A stretch of DNA of 40,654 nt from a virus (Duplodnaviria > Caudoviricetes). The stretch lies in IMG/VR virus record IMGVR_UViG_3300043443_000116, positions 1 through 40,654 of that record; one strand, written 5' to 3'. Under the pieces are notes generated by a model, which was given only the letters and a program-made list of their open reading frames with translations, was not told where the DNA came from and searched no databases. The translations under genes were made by a program, and so were the position numbers. Numbering within the stretch: the first letter of the stretch is position 1; each line of letters starts with the position of its first letter. Shown one piece after another: positions 9,472 to 17,998 of the stretch.

Positions 9472-9540
9472 GTGACCCCCGCCCCCCCCTCCATCCTCTA
9501 CGCACCTCCGGTGCTGGCCAGCATCCTCCGCTGTAGTTAA
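9472..9540 (+). pseudogene. Truncated remnant of a homolog of 38971..39234
   Basis: GTG-started MTPAPPSILYAPPVLASILRCS* versus MTPTPSILATILRW...; 9517..9533 matches 38995..39011 at 16/17 nt. Both lie about 10 nt after a tailspike stop codon. Confidence 0.7.
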
Positions 9541-9572
9541 CCCATAAACAACACGCAGTTTCTGCGAGTATA

Positions 9573-9630
9573 AATAACAAAGCCCCTGTCTAGGAACACT
9601 TATGTGCTCTTAGCAGGGGCTTTTTTGTTG
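9573..9630. terminator. Probable bidirectional rho-independent terminator between the two arms
   Basis: AAAGCCCCTG (9579-9588) pairs with CAGGGGCTTT (9614-9623). T-run on +, A-rich run upstream, located at the convergence point. Confidence 0.85.
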
Positions 9631-9667
9631 CCTAAATTACTGCTTCGTAGATGCTCGCTACGCTGCG

Positions 9668-9865
9668 CTATTCTATGTGCACAAAATCACCAATGTGAAT
9701 CTTGATGAACGGAAGATTGATAATAGCGCCGTCAAACTGTAGAAGTCCTAGTTCAGGTTCTTCATCAGAGTCCTCTGGTTGTTCCTCATAAGGCACTGCA
9801 TACATATTTGTATTGTTAGCTTCAATGCTGAAGCCAAAGCCAGTGTACCATTCAGCTAAGATCAT
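9668..9865 (-). CDS. Hypothetical acidic protein (65 aa)
   Basis: ATGA overlap with phoH; last gene of the - arm. Confidence 0.7.
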   Translation of the reverse strand: MILAEWYTGFGFSIEANNTNMYAVPYEEQPEDSDEEPELGLLQFDGAIINLPFIKIHIGDFVHIE

Positions 9866-10599
9866 AGCTCGTCCTCATACGCCATTTTAGCTAGGATGTA
9901 ATTACGCACAAGAGAACTACGAACGATGTCATCAACACCAAACTCGATCCTTGTGAACTCTTTCATTTTACTACAAATGTTCATGAATTTCAAGAGGCCA
10001 CTACGATCTTCTTTCTTCTTAAGATCAGTTTGCCTATAGTCTCCACAAAAGATAATCTTTGATGTATGTCCAACACGAGTAATGATAGTGTCTAGCTCTT
10101 CACTATTCATGTTTTGCATTTCATCAACGACAAGGATGCCATAGTTGAATGTAGTGCCTCGGATGAACGAGGTAGACACAAACTCTACATGTCCTTGCTC
10201 TTGAAGTCTATTCCAAGCATCCCTACGCTTGAACAGATCAGCACAGATTTGCTTATAAGGCTGTGTATAGATGTCCATCTTGTCTGCTGCGTCACCGGGC
10301 AAGTGACCCATGTCACGAGACTGCACAGCAGACCTGATGACAGTGACTTTAGCGTAAGGATTACTACGATCTAGTACTTCCTCTAAAGCCTTATACATTG
10401 CAATGTAAGTCTTACCTGTACCTGCTAGACCATGAAGAGCAACAAAATAATGACCACTGTTGTAAGCATCAAAGAACTCCCTTTGTTTGTCAGTCTTAGG
10501 TGAAATGGTGATCATGTCATCTAGCTTTAGCTTCAATGACAAGTTAGCCTTACCAGAGTCTTCACCAACGTTGTTATCAGGATTACGTTTAGTAGCCAT
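9862..10599 (-). CDS. phoH: PhoH-family ATPase
   Basis: GLAGTGKT Walker A, MGHLPGD, FIRGTTF, VVDEMQN, IITRVG, GDYRQTDL and DIVRSSLV motifs. Confidence 0.95.
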   Translation of the reverse strand: MATKRNPDNNVGEDSGKANLSLKLKLDDMITISPKTDKQREFFDAYNSGHYFVALHGLAGTGKTYIAMYKALEEVLDRSNPYAKVTVIRSAVQSRDMGHLPGDAADKMDIYTQPYKQICADLFKRRDAWNRLQEQGHVEFVSTSFIRGTTFNYGILVVDEMQNMNSEELDTIITRVGHTSKIIFCGDYRQTDLKKKEDRSGLLKFMNICSKMKEFTRIEFGVDDIVRSSLVRNYILAKMAYEDEL

Positions 10600-10778
10600 C
10601 AGTCAGGCAACTCCACGACATGAGGGACAGTACGTACACCTGGGAAAGTATCTTCAAACTCCTCATAGGTGATGTCTTTACCGATCATGATTTCTTGATA
10701 AGTAATGCCATTCTCAGTCAGTTGCTGCTTAAGCCTCCGACATGCTGAGCACGTTGGTGTACTGTAGATGATCTTCAT
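10599..10778 (-). CDS. Glutaredoxin / NrdH-like redoxin (59 aa), not in the ORF track
   Basis: MKIIYSTPTCSACRRLKQQLTENGITYQEIMIGKDITYEEFEDTFPGVRTVPHVVELPD: CxxC and TVP motifs, near the RNR. Confidence 0.9.
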   Translation of the reverse strand: MKIIYSTPTCSACRRLKQQLTENGITYQEIMIGKDITYEEFEDTFPGVRTVPHVVELPD

Positions 10779-11080
10779 TATTTACTCTTTCTGATAATAT
10801 TTGTTACAAAGTCTTTAACTCCACGAGACCTATACCAAGTTCCTTTTGACTTAGCTTTCCACTTATAAGATCTCAAAGAAAAGACATATTTATCTTCAAC
10901 AAGAACAGTACCATCTGTATGAGGAACTACATAAACCCCTAATGACTCAAAGTCAACTAAACTTTGAAGTCTTTGTACTTCACGAGAATAAGGATTACTA
11001 TACTGCAACTTATGTTCATTGTCATCAGCACAGAGTTCACTTAGTCTTTTCTGTTCTATTAGCTGTTCTTCTAAAGTCAT
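10778..11080 (-). CDS. Hypothetical protein (100 aa), AT-rich
   Basis: RBS TAAGGA; coupled to the glutaredoxin start. Confidence 0.7.
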   Translation of the reverse strand: MTLEEQLIEQKRLSELCADDNEHKLQYSNPYSREVQRLQSLVDFESLGVYVVPHTDGTVLVEDKYVFSLRSYKWKAKSKGTWYRSRGVKDFVTNIIRKSK

Positions 11081-11103
11081 GTCATTCCTTAAAATATCTT
11101 ATT

Positions 11104-11133
11104 AGGGCGATAACGCCACATTATCGCCCTTTT
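11104..11133. terminator. Perfect 10-bp hairpin downstream of nrdJ (terminator or mRNA stabiliser)
   Basis: AGGGCGATAA-cgccaca-TTATCGCCCT, with a short T-run only on + (antisense to the local genes). Confidence 0.5.
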
Positions 11134-11151
11134 GAGATTACTTAGCAGTGC

Positions 11152-13095
11152 TTAGCGAATTGGGCAAGCACCAGTGGCACACTCAGAATCATCAAGACCA
11201 ATGTCCAGATTACTAATTGAAGTAATCGGTACAGTCTTTGCGACGAGTTCATCGTATTGCTCCTTAGTGATCTCCTCAAGAGGAGCTTGCTTGAATCCGT
11301 GCTCAGAGTGCAACAAGAATGACAGACTCTTGTGTGAGTTCTTGTAGTTCTTCTTCAAGTACTTCTTGATCTCAGGAAGTTCTTCCTTGCGATAGTAGAC
11401 AGTACAGGAAACACTGTTGTCACTCCAGACCTCTTGTAGCCACTTAACAGTCTCCAATTGACTGATAGCAGTCATTTCAGAAGCAAGTACAGCAGTGTCG
11501 CCATGAGTGAAAGGGAAGCTAACAACCACAGTACTACGATCCTCTGAGCCATCGAAATTCTGTTGATACTCCACAGGGAATCCATGCTTACGACATACAT
11601 CAACCAGAGAATGATTACTGCTGATGCGGATACGACGTACCATGTACCGAGCATAAGCAGGATGACACCCAGGAGTGACACCAGGGAGCAGAGATAGAGT
11701 CCCTGAAGGCTTAACCGTAGTAAGTTTAACCGATTTGTTAAAGCCGTTCTTTTGTGAGTACCATTCATCATAACTCCGGAGTTTCTTATACACCCAATCA
11801 AGCCAACTCTTCTGTTCCTCAGTAGCCTGAAGTACACCAGTGATACCAATGCCCATACGCATGTTCTCATGGACAATAGCTTCAGTAGACTTCAAGTGAC
11901 AAGGTAGTGCAAGGGAGTGCTTATTAACACGATAGAGCAAAGTAGCTACATCCAACAGTTCCTCCTTAGAGTCAATGTTAGGCAAGTAAATTTCTGCAAG
12001 ACAGCAAGTCTCTTTGTCTGCTAGGCTCTGTTCTGCACAGGGGTTATATCCTTGTACTTGTGGATCAGGGTACTGTGTCTCTCCAAGGCGTCCAATCTTT
12101 CGAGATAGCTTAAGGTTGATGAGCCCATACGGCTCTCCTTTACCTTCATATCCGTCCCAGAAGAAGTCATGGAGATCTCCAATGTCATGACAAACCACGC
12201 TGTTGTTGGACATTGCGCGCCAACTGGGAATATTCCCCAAGTCCCATCGCTTAGCAAGCAGATATTCCACATCGTCAGGATCTCCAATGGCAATCTGAGC
12301 ACTACGGCGCACATTACCAGCAACCACCACAGCACCAATGATGTTCATGATGTCCAGAGCATCAACGGGCTTAATTTTCTTACCAGCACGTTTCTCAAGG
12401 ATCTTACCAATCTCAGTGATGCCCCACACGAGGTCTTCAGGGCCACTAGCAGTGCCACCAAAGCCCTTGATAGGAGCACCCTTGGATCGGATCATCTTAG
12501 TGCTATACGTGAACGTTTGCTTACCTGAGCTATGAGCCAGGAATGCAGCCTTCAACGTCTTACCAAGAAGTGCCACCCAGCCTTCACGAGAGTCAGGAAC
12601 GATAAAGTCAGCGTCATTGGTATCACTACGAGTAGGGCACTTAAAATCCACATTGACAGCAGGAAGTTTCTCAACATTCTCTTTCTGGATGTTATAGCCT
12701 ACACCTGAGCCAAGCATCAGAAGATCCATTGCCCAGGTGAAAGGCTCTACAGGTTTGTCTACCACTGTGAAGGCACAGTTCTGTAGGCTACTGAGTCCCA
12801 GTGTATCCACTGTCTTAGTACCCAGTTGCCACAGGAACCGACCTGCTACAGTGCCTTTCAAGCCCAGCAGATAGTTACGTAGACGCTGCTGCTCATCGTC
12901 ATCAAAGTTACACTTCAATTGAGAATTAGCAGCAGTTACTACTCGGTCAACTGTGTCGTGGAATTCTTCAGTATCACTGTTTACATCGCTTTCATCCAAG
13001 CGTCGAGCGTATGTGCGCTTGTATGTAATCAGCCCGATTGAACTCCAAGGAGTTACGATGTTGTCCGGGTTTTTCTCTTTGTTGGAATTGTCCAT
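11152..13095 (-). CDS. nrdJ: Class II (adenosylcobalamin-dependent) ribonucleotide reductase
   Basis: LQNCAF, VVAGNVRRSA, NPCAEQ, ETCCLAE, TTVKPSGT motifs and C-terminal CATGACPIR; no beta-subunit gene present. Confidence 0.95.
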   Translation of the reverse strand: MDNSNKEKNPDNIVTPWSSIGLITYKRTYARRLDESDVNSDTEEFHDTVDRVVTAANSQLKCNFDDDEQQRLRNYLLGLKGTVAGRFLWQLGTKTVDTLGLSSLQNCAFTVVDKPVEPFTWAMDLLMLGSGVGYNIQKENVEKLPAVNVDFKCPTRSDTNDADFIVPDSREGWVALLGKTLKAAFLAHSSGKQTFTYSTKMIRSKGAPIKGFGGTASGPEDLVWGITEIGKILEKRAGKKIKPVDALDIMNIIGAVVVAGNVRRSAQIAIGDPDDVEYLLAKRWDLGNIPSWRAMSNNSVVCHDIGDLHDFFWDGYEGKGEPYGLINLKLSRKIGRLGETQYPDPQVQGYNPCAEQSLADKETCCLAEIYLPNIDSKEELLDVATLLYRVNKHSLALPCHLKSTEAIVHENMRMGIGITGVLQATEEQKSWLDWVYKKLRSYDEWYSQKNGFNKSVKLTTVKPSGTLSLLPGVTPGCHPAYARYMVRRIRISSNHSLVDVCRKHGFPVEYQQNFDGSEDRSTVVVSFPFTHGDTAVLASEMTAISQLETVKWLQEVWSDNSVSCTVYYRKEELPEIKKYLKKNYKNSHKSLSFLLHSEHGFKQAPLEEITKEQYDELVAKTVPITSISNLDIGLDDSECATGACPIR

Positions 13096-13565
13096 TGGTC
13101 TAGTAATCCTTGGTTGTTAATCTCATGAAGACCGTCGATTAGCAAATCTTTTGCTTTTTCTGGAAGATCCCCTAAGATATTGTTACATTTTTCACAGCAA
13201 GGAACAATGTTATCTTCACTATGTCCTTGAGTGCTGTCTATACGATCTAAGCCCAACGCCTCTTTCTTACCGCAGTAATAACAAGGCTGTTTCATTAGCT
13301 CAATAGCTCTATATTTTTCAACTGTTTCGCATTCAGGAAAACGAATCTTATCATTGTGTCTATAAGCCTTGATTTTGTAATCAAGTTTATTCTTATAGTA
13401 GTATGATCTTAGATACTCTTTATCGATCTTTCTACCAGCTAGAGTTTCTTTATCATACTTACAAGAATAGCAGTGAGGCCTATAGTAAATAGAGCCGTCT
13501 TTACGTTTACCTGCTGGAAAGTCAGTAAGTAATTTAGTTTCACTACAAGTCGAACATTTTTTCAT
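13053..13565 (-). CDS. Putative HNH-type homing endonuclease
   Basis: N-terminal CxxC...CxxC zinc finger and CYYCG...GLDRIDSTQGHSEDNIVPCCEKCN; AT-rich; overlaps the nrdJ 5' end by 43 nt. Confidence 0.85.
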   Translation of the reverse strand: MKKCSTCSETKLLTDFPAGKRKDGSIYYRPHCYSCKYDKETLAGRKIDKEYLRSYYYKNKLDYKIKAYRHNDKIRFPECETVEKYRAIELMKQPCYYCGKKEALGLDRIDSTQGHSEDNIVPCCEKCNNILGDLPEKAKDLLIDGLHEINNQGLLDQWTIPTKRKTRTTS

Positions 13566-13574
13566 GATATGTCG

Positions 13575-13739
13575 TCATTCAATAATACTCCAAAGAATCT
13601 CTTGTTTTTCTTCAATAATGTCACTGAAGGCTTCGACTAACATCTTACTGTCAATCTCAAGTTCCTCCAGCAACGTGACTTCATCGAACTTACTCAATTT
13701 CTCTTTCAGTTCTTCAAAGGTTGGTTCATAGTTAATCAT
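13575..13739 (-). CDS. Small acidic protein (54 aa), not in the ORF track
   Basis: MINYEPTFEELKEKLSKFDEVTLLEELEIDSKMLVEAFSDIIEEKQEILWSIIE fills the gap between neighbours. Confidence 0.75.
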   Translation of the reverse strand: MINYEPTFEELKEKLSKFDEVTLLEELEIDSKMLVEAFSDIIEEKQEILWSIIE

Positions 13740-14016
13740 AGGCGTTAATAAGTTTCTTCAAATAATACTCCGCCTTCTCCAAGTCTTGTTTGCCATTCTT
13801 GTCCATGAAGCGCATCAAGTACTGCATCATCTGAACATAGTCTGACTCAAACAAGACACTGGATGGAATGTTCTCAGATGTCATCTTCATGAGCAGAGCA
13901 GCCAAGACATCACGTACTTCCAAGCCATCCATGAGCATGTAGTGCTTAGGTTTGTTCACAACGTCTTCAGTACGGTTGATAGCATCAATGTATTGTTTAA
14001 TTGTTAGTGCTTCCAT
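13732..14016 (-). CDS. DUF3310 / T7 gp1.7-like protein
   Basis: DVVNKPKHY and KNGKQDLEKAEYYL motifs; ATG 14016 has RBS GAGGA. Confidence 0.8.
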   Translation of the reverse strand: MEALTIKQYIDAINRTEDVVNKPKHYMLMDGLEVRDVLAALLMKMTSENIPSSVLFESDYVQMMQYLMRFMDKNGKQDLEKAEYYLKKLINAYD

Positions 14017-14770
14017 GCTTCCTCTGTAGATATTCAATGCTCAAAAGCATCTCATCAAAGTGACCATCTTGGACTTCATTCAAGACAACCAAGCCACGCC
14101 AGTGACGATTGCTTAGTTGATCCATGTACGATTCATCATGAAGATAGTAGCTTCCAGCAATAATACTGCAAATAGGCTTCCCGTCAGCACGTTTTCCGTA
14201 ACTGATTTGTTTGCCTTGTTGGTGTCCAGCAACGCATGACATATGTAGCTTACTGATAATAGCAGAAGGGCTGCTAGCAGGCCTACCCATGGCCCCGACA
14301 GGCCAGTAGTGATTAAAACCAACACCATTGATAAACACAGGGTGTAAAAACTCATACACTTCCCAATCTTTATGGTACTCCAAATCTTGAGTGCTAATCA
14401 AGCCTTCAAGCATTGGATTGTTGTTGATAGCTCTGTTGATTCGATTCTCGTGATTGCCTAGTAGCATGATCATCCGAGGCTTATACTGCTTCTCTTTGTT
14501 ACGTTTAAGCCTCAGTTGTTCATCTTTGAGGGGTTTAAGTAACATCTTCATAGCCTCTTTAGCTACTTCAATGTCTTTGGTGTACCTCTTACCTTCAAAG
14601 TACTTGCTACCAGCTTTGTCGTGAGTTGAAAGACTAGGCATGTCTGCAAAGTCTCCCAAGTTCACAACAACATCAGGATGATATTCAACGATAGCCTTCC
14701 CAGCCCAGGAGAGATGCTCCAGTGGAACATCCTCCTTGACTTGGCAATCAGGAATCACCAGTATTCGCAT
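13997..14770 (-). CDS. Calcineurin-like metallophosphoesterase
   Basis: IPDCQ, NLGDFAD, LLGNHE and AGHQQ motifs. Confidence 0.88.
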   Translation of the reverse strand: MRILVIPDCQVKEDVPLEHLSWAGKAIVEYHPDVVVNLGDFADMPSLSTHDKAGSKYFEGKRYTKDIEVAKEAMKMLLKPLKDEQLRLKRNKEKQYKPRMIMLLGNHENRINRAINNNPMLEGLISTQDLEYHKDWEVYEFLHPVFINGVGFNHYWPVGAMGRPASSPSAIISKLHMSCVAGHQQGKQISYGKRADGKPICSIIAGSYYLHDESYMDQLSNRHWRGLVVLNEVQDGHFDEMLLSIEYLQRKHGSTNN

Positions 14771-14987
14771 TCACTGCACCGCCATAATATTCCAACACTG
14801 TCTCAAAGGCAGCACGGTAACGCTGAAGGCCTTCCTGTTCAACTACTTCGTCATAGGAGAACAAAGGAACTCTAGAGCGGAACTGCAAAGACTTCAAGAC
14901 AGTTGTTAGTTCTTTCCGGATAACAAACTCAACTTGTTCGTAATCCAGAGAGATCAAGAACTGATCAGGATACTTACCATCCAGCAT
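14748..14987 (-). CDS. Hypothetical protein (~79 aa)
   Basis: Likely start MLDGKYPDQF at 14987 with GAGGA upstream; fits operon packing. Confidence 0.6.
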   Translation of the reverse strand: MLDGKYPDQFLISLDYEQVEFVIRKELTTVLKSLQFRSRVPLFSYDEVVEQEGLQRYRAAFETVLEYYGGAVNANTGDS

Positions 14988-15222
14988 TGTCAGTGTCCTC
15001 CGGAGCAGGGTGAGTAGGGCCATACCAGTCTTCAGACAGGAAAGGACTGTCTTCAACAGATACTTTGTCTTTGACGCCTACAAAGGTACAAAGCTCAAGA
15101 AACTTAATAAAGTCTTGAAGAACAATAGGCCATGACGTACCTTCTTCAACCTCTTGAGTAATACTGACAGTCAAGCCCTCATTTGTAGTACGAGAGAAGG
15201 TGTAAGTGTCTTTATCGATCAT
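14974..15222 (-). CDS. Hypothetical protein (82 aa)
   Basis: Tightly packed ORF in the - operon. Confidence 0.65.
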   Translation of the reverse strand: MIDKDTYTFSRTTNEGLTVSITQEVEEGTSWPIVLQDFIKFLELCTFVGVKDKVSVEDSPFLSEDWYGPTHPAPEDTDNAGW

Positions 15223-15553
15223 CGCCAGATCCTTTCAAAGTATTACGTTGTTGACGGGACTTCAACTTCTCAATGTTAGCTTCAGCTACTTCCTTGAGAG
15301 TAAAGCCATATAGCTTAGACAATCCTGCTACAAACCAGAGAACGTCTCCGAGTTCTTTCTTAAGTTGATCCAAGTATCGTTGATGATCTGATACACCATC
15401 ACGTACTACTTTAGCGTAGAGGCTACAAACCTCACCAACTTCTCCTGACAGTCCATTGAACAGATAAGAAGCATTCCTAGCAGTTACCAGAGCAGTTCCC
15501 CAGGCTTCATTCTGATACTCATCAAAGTCTTTAAGGTCTATTTCACTAATCAT
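15212..15553 (-). CDS. MazG-like nucleotide pyrophosphohydrolase
   Basis: GLSGEVGEV...KKELGDVLWFV...NIEKLKSR...GSGDDR; start MISEIDL at 15553 with RBS GAGGA. Confidence 0.9.
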   Translation of the reverse strand: MISEIDLKDFDEYQNEAWGTALVTARNASYLFNGLSGEVGEVCSLYAKVVRDGVSDHQRYLDQLKKELGDVLWFVAGLSKLYGFTLKEVAEANIEKLKSRQQRNTLKGSGDDR

Positions 15554-15554
15554 T

Positions 15555-15779
15555 TTAATCCTCTCTTGCTCGTATAGCGTAGGCGCAGCGTTGCGCGATG
15601 CCTTCAATGCTGTAGAACTCTTCACACACCTTCGCACACGCCTCGCGCTCGGCAGCAGCGACAAGGGCGGTGAAGCGTTCGATGGCTTCCATGCCCACAA
15701 GAGACTCGCCGAGATCCGGATCGGCCTCAAAGCCGGGATCAACCTCCCGCGCCATTCGAAGGATGTCGTCTCGGGTCAT
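15555..15779 (-). CDS. Small GC-rich protein, MTRDDI/EREACAKVC family
   Basis: Paralog of 21181..21435; 15624..15650 is identical to 21274..21300 (27 nt). Confidence 0.75.
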   Translation of the reverse strand: MTRDDILRMAREVDPGFEADPDLGESLVGMEAIERFTALVAAAEREACAKVCEEFYSIEGIAQRCAYAIRARED

Positions 15780-16027
15780 TCTTGCACCTCAAACATCAGC
15801 TTATCTCCTTGCACATAGATGCGCTTAATAGGCCTTCCATCAATGATGTAACCTACACTGATAAAAGGCCCACCACTGGGATCAGCAAAGCCTAGATTGT
15901 CAAGATCAATACGTTCTTCGCCTTCCTTGCCACCATAGCGCCAGTACTGTAGTTCACCGCCTACGGTGTACGTATTAGGCCCGGTAGGAATGAAGTTATA
16001 ACGATCACCGTAGCGATTACGTAGCAT
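15776..16027 (-). CDS. Hypothetical protein (~83 aa)
   Basis: ATG at 16027 overlaps the thyX end; contains DPSGGPFISVG. Confidence 0.65.
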   Translation of the reverse strand: MLRNRYGDRYNFIPTGPNTYTVGGELQYWRYGGKEGEERIDLDNLGFADPSGGPFISVGYIIDGRPIKRIYVQGDKLMFEVQE

Positions 16028-16709
16028 GTTTATCACTCACCAGAGCTTTCCACGACACGGGGAACAGGGTTGAAGCAGTATCGTGAATCATCTTAGCAAT
16101 CTCTTGTGTTTCCTTCTGTGTATGACTGTCTAGACGTAGGTTGCACATCTTAGCAAAAGCAAACAGAGTACCACTCCAGATCCACTCAGTCATCATGTTC
16201 TGAGGTAGGATCATACGAGCCTGTTCAGGACACAAGTCAGGGTTGTGTAAATACTCAAACAGCAGTCTCGTGTAAGCCTCTTCAATTTTACCCCAAGAGC
16301 CGGGACGCCATTCAAACTTATCATCACTACTTCCTTGCTTGACATTATCAGCCTTCTTACGCCAATATTCAGGAAAGTAAAACTCAGGCTCTTCGTCAAC
16401 GTAACGTCGAGACACTTCGTTCCAAGGCAGATACTCATGCTTGACAAGCTGTCGTGCTACAAAGATTGGAGCCTTGACACGGAAGGACATGAAAGCATGA
16501 TTGAATGGACTCTTGTGATTATGCTCTGCAAGATACTTGATGAGTTTAACATCTCGCTCAGCAAGTTCTATCTTACTATGGCAGTGCTCATATTCACCAA
16601 CATTAGTCCAATCAGACTCTTTGTGGAAGCTTACCCGTGCGGCATTGACCACACTCAGGTCAGACCCACACGAGTCAATCAACTCTACTGACTGCTTTGC
16701 AATCTTCAC
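16017..16709 (-). CDS. thyX: Flavin-dependent thymidylate synthase
   Basis: VVNAARVS, HKSPF, PIFVARQLVKH...NEVSRRY, EQARMILP and LRLDSHTQKE; GTG start at 16709 with RBS GGAGG. Confidence 0.95.
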   Translation of the reverse strand: MKIAKQSVELIDSCGSDLSVVNAARVSFHKESDWTNVGEYEHCHSKIELAERDVKLIKYLAEHNHKSPFNHAFMSFRVKAPIFVARQLVKHEYLPWNEVSRRYVDEEPEFYFPEYWRKKADNVKQGSSDDKFEWRPGSWGKIEEAYTRLLFEYLHNPDLCPEQARMILPQNMMTEWIWSGTLFAFAKMCNLRLDSHTQKETQEIAKMIHDTASTLFPVSWKALVSDKHAT

Positions 16710-16873
16710 TGTTGTTCCTCCTGTGGTGGAATCCATTCCATGCCTTGCTTTACAGCTTCTTCAATAGCTCTGCGAATAGCATATGTAAGCAGCGTTTTGG
16801 TTTCTTCAGCAGTGCATTCAAAGGTGAAGTCTGCACTACCATCTTCGTTCTCTTTGATAAGATTAACTTCCAT
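16706..16873 (-). CDS. Small hypothetical protein (55 aa), not in the ORF track
   Basis: MEVNLIKENEDGSADFTFECTAEETKTLLTYAIRRAIEEAVKQGMEWIPPQEEQQ, with AGGAG upstream and a GTGA overlap with thyX. Confidence 0.75.
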   Translation of the reverse strand: MEVNLIKENEDGSADFTFECTAEETKTLLTYAIRRAIEEAVKQGMEWIPPQEEQQ

Positions 16874-17276
16874 TTAACCACTCCTGTGGGATTTCTTTGT
16901 CAGCATACTTGAAACCATGTTGTTCGCACCACATAGCATAAGTAGTCTGAGATGTTTTACTGATCTTAGCTTTGCTGTTACTGAAGACAAACCTGATGTC
17001 AAGCTCTGGATGTTGAGCCTTGATGAACAGATGTTTCTGCCTATCAGCAACGACAAATCTACCCTTAGTCTCTACAAAGATACCGTTAGGAAGTTTGAAG
17101 TCTGGCGTGTATGTAGCTTTACGAGCAGGGACTACATAAGTAATCTTTTCCTGTTCGTATCTAGGATCAATCCCAAGGTCTTGTAAAGCCTTAGCTACTT
17201 TGTCTTCAAGTCCTGAACGGTATCCGTGTTTCAGTCCTGCTCTTTTGGCTGTATATTTACGCTTGATGGTTGCCAT
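16863..17276 (-). CDS. T7 gp3-like endonuclease I (Holliday junction resolvase)
   Basis: YRSGLEDKV, YTPDF, VETKGRF and HPELDIRFVF motifs. Confidence 0.93.
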   Translation of the reverse strand: MATIKRKYTAKRAGLKHGYRSGLEDKVAKALQDLGIDPRYEQEKITYVVPARKATYTPDFKLPNGIFVETKGRFVVADRQKHLFIKAQHPELDIRFVFSNSKAKISKTSQTTYAMWCEQHGFKYADKEIPQEWLNGS

Positions 17277-17998
17277 TGCTCTCCTTCGTATCGTTGGAGC
17301 CACAACAGCCTACCTTGCTCAAGAAAGTAATCATAGTCATGTCCTTTGTCCTTGTACGTAGCCCACACAGCGTTAGCATATTCATCATAAGAGCTTAGAC
17401 CTTTAAGAATCTTCTCAGCTTTCTTAGGCCCAATGCCTGCAATGCCAGGGATGTTGTCAACTCTGTCACCAGTGAGCATCTGAGTCCAGAAGTTATAGTA
17501 AGCCTCAAGTTCAGTTACGACATAGCCTTCACACTTAACAGGGTTGTAGTGCTTACCTGGGATCATGTTCAAGTCTTTGTCCACATGTACTATAAGGTAA
17601 GCATTAGGGGCTTTATGAACCTCTATTGATACAGCATCATCAGCTTCAATGCCGTCAGTCTCAATAGCACCTAGACGTTTCATGTGCTTCTTAAGCTCAT
17701 CAAGGTGCTTAGGTCGCTTCATATCTTTACGGTTACCCTTATAAGGAACTGTCTTGGCTACGTCATACCTGAAGTTGTTAGGCCCTGTAATGAATGCTTT
17801 GAAGTCATCGCACATAAGATCCATGTACACAATGTCAGTAAGCCATTCTGTGAGTCTGTTCTTAGCATCACGAGGGTCTTCATCATTTTCACATGCAAAC
17901 CCTACGTGATACAAAAGGAAGTCAGAATCCAGAAGAGCCACTTTACCTGCTTTTGGCAGGTTACTATCGCCTTTCGGCGAAGGAGTGGCTTCAGTCAT
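17231..17998 (-). CDS. T7 gp6-like 5'-3' exonuclease
   Basis: LLDSD, YKGNR, EADD, DKDL and GDRVDNIPGIAGIG motifs. Confidence 0.93.
   Translation of the reverse strand: MTEATPSPKGDSNLPKAGKVALLDSDFLLYHVGFACENDEDPRDAKNRLTEWLTDIVYMDLMCDDFKAFITGPNNFRYDVAKTVPYKGNRKDMKRPKHLDELKKHMKRLGAIETDGIEADDAVSIEVHKAPNAYLIVHVDKDLNMIPGKHYNPVKCEGYVVTELEAYYNFWTQMLTGDRVDNIPGIAGIGPKKAEKILKGLSSYDEYANAVWATYKDKGHDYDYFLEQGRLLWLQRYEGEQWQPSSVNIQPKEQD

Noticed and set aside
13997-15553. 2-aminoadenine (Z) or other base-modification pathway
   Set aside because: No PurZ-like, glycosyltransferase or methyltransferase ORF was recognised.
15554-15742. N-terminal extension of the MazG-like ORF
   Set aside because: It overlaps the 74-aa gene in another frame; ATG 15553 has its own RBS.
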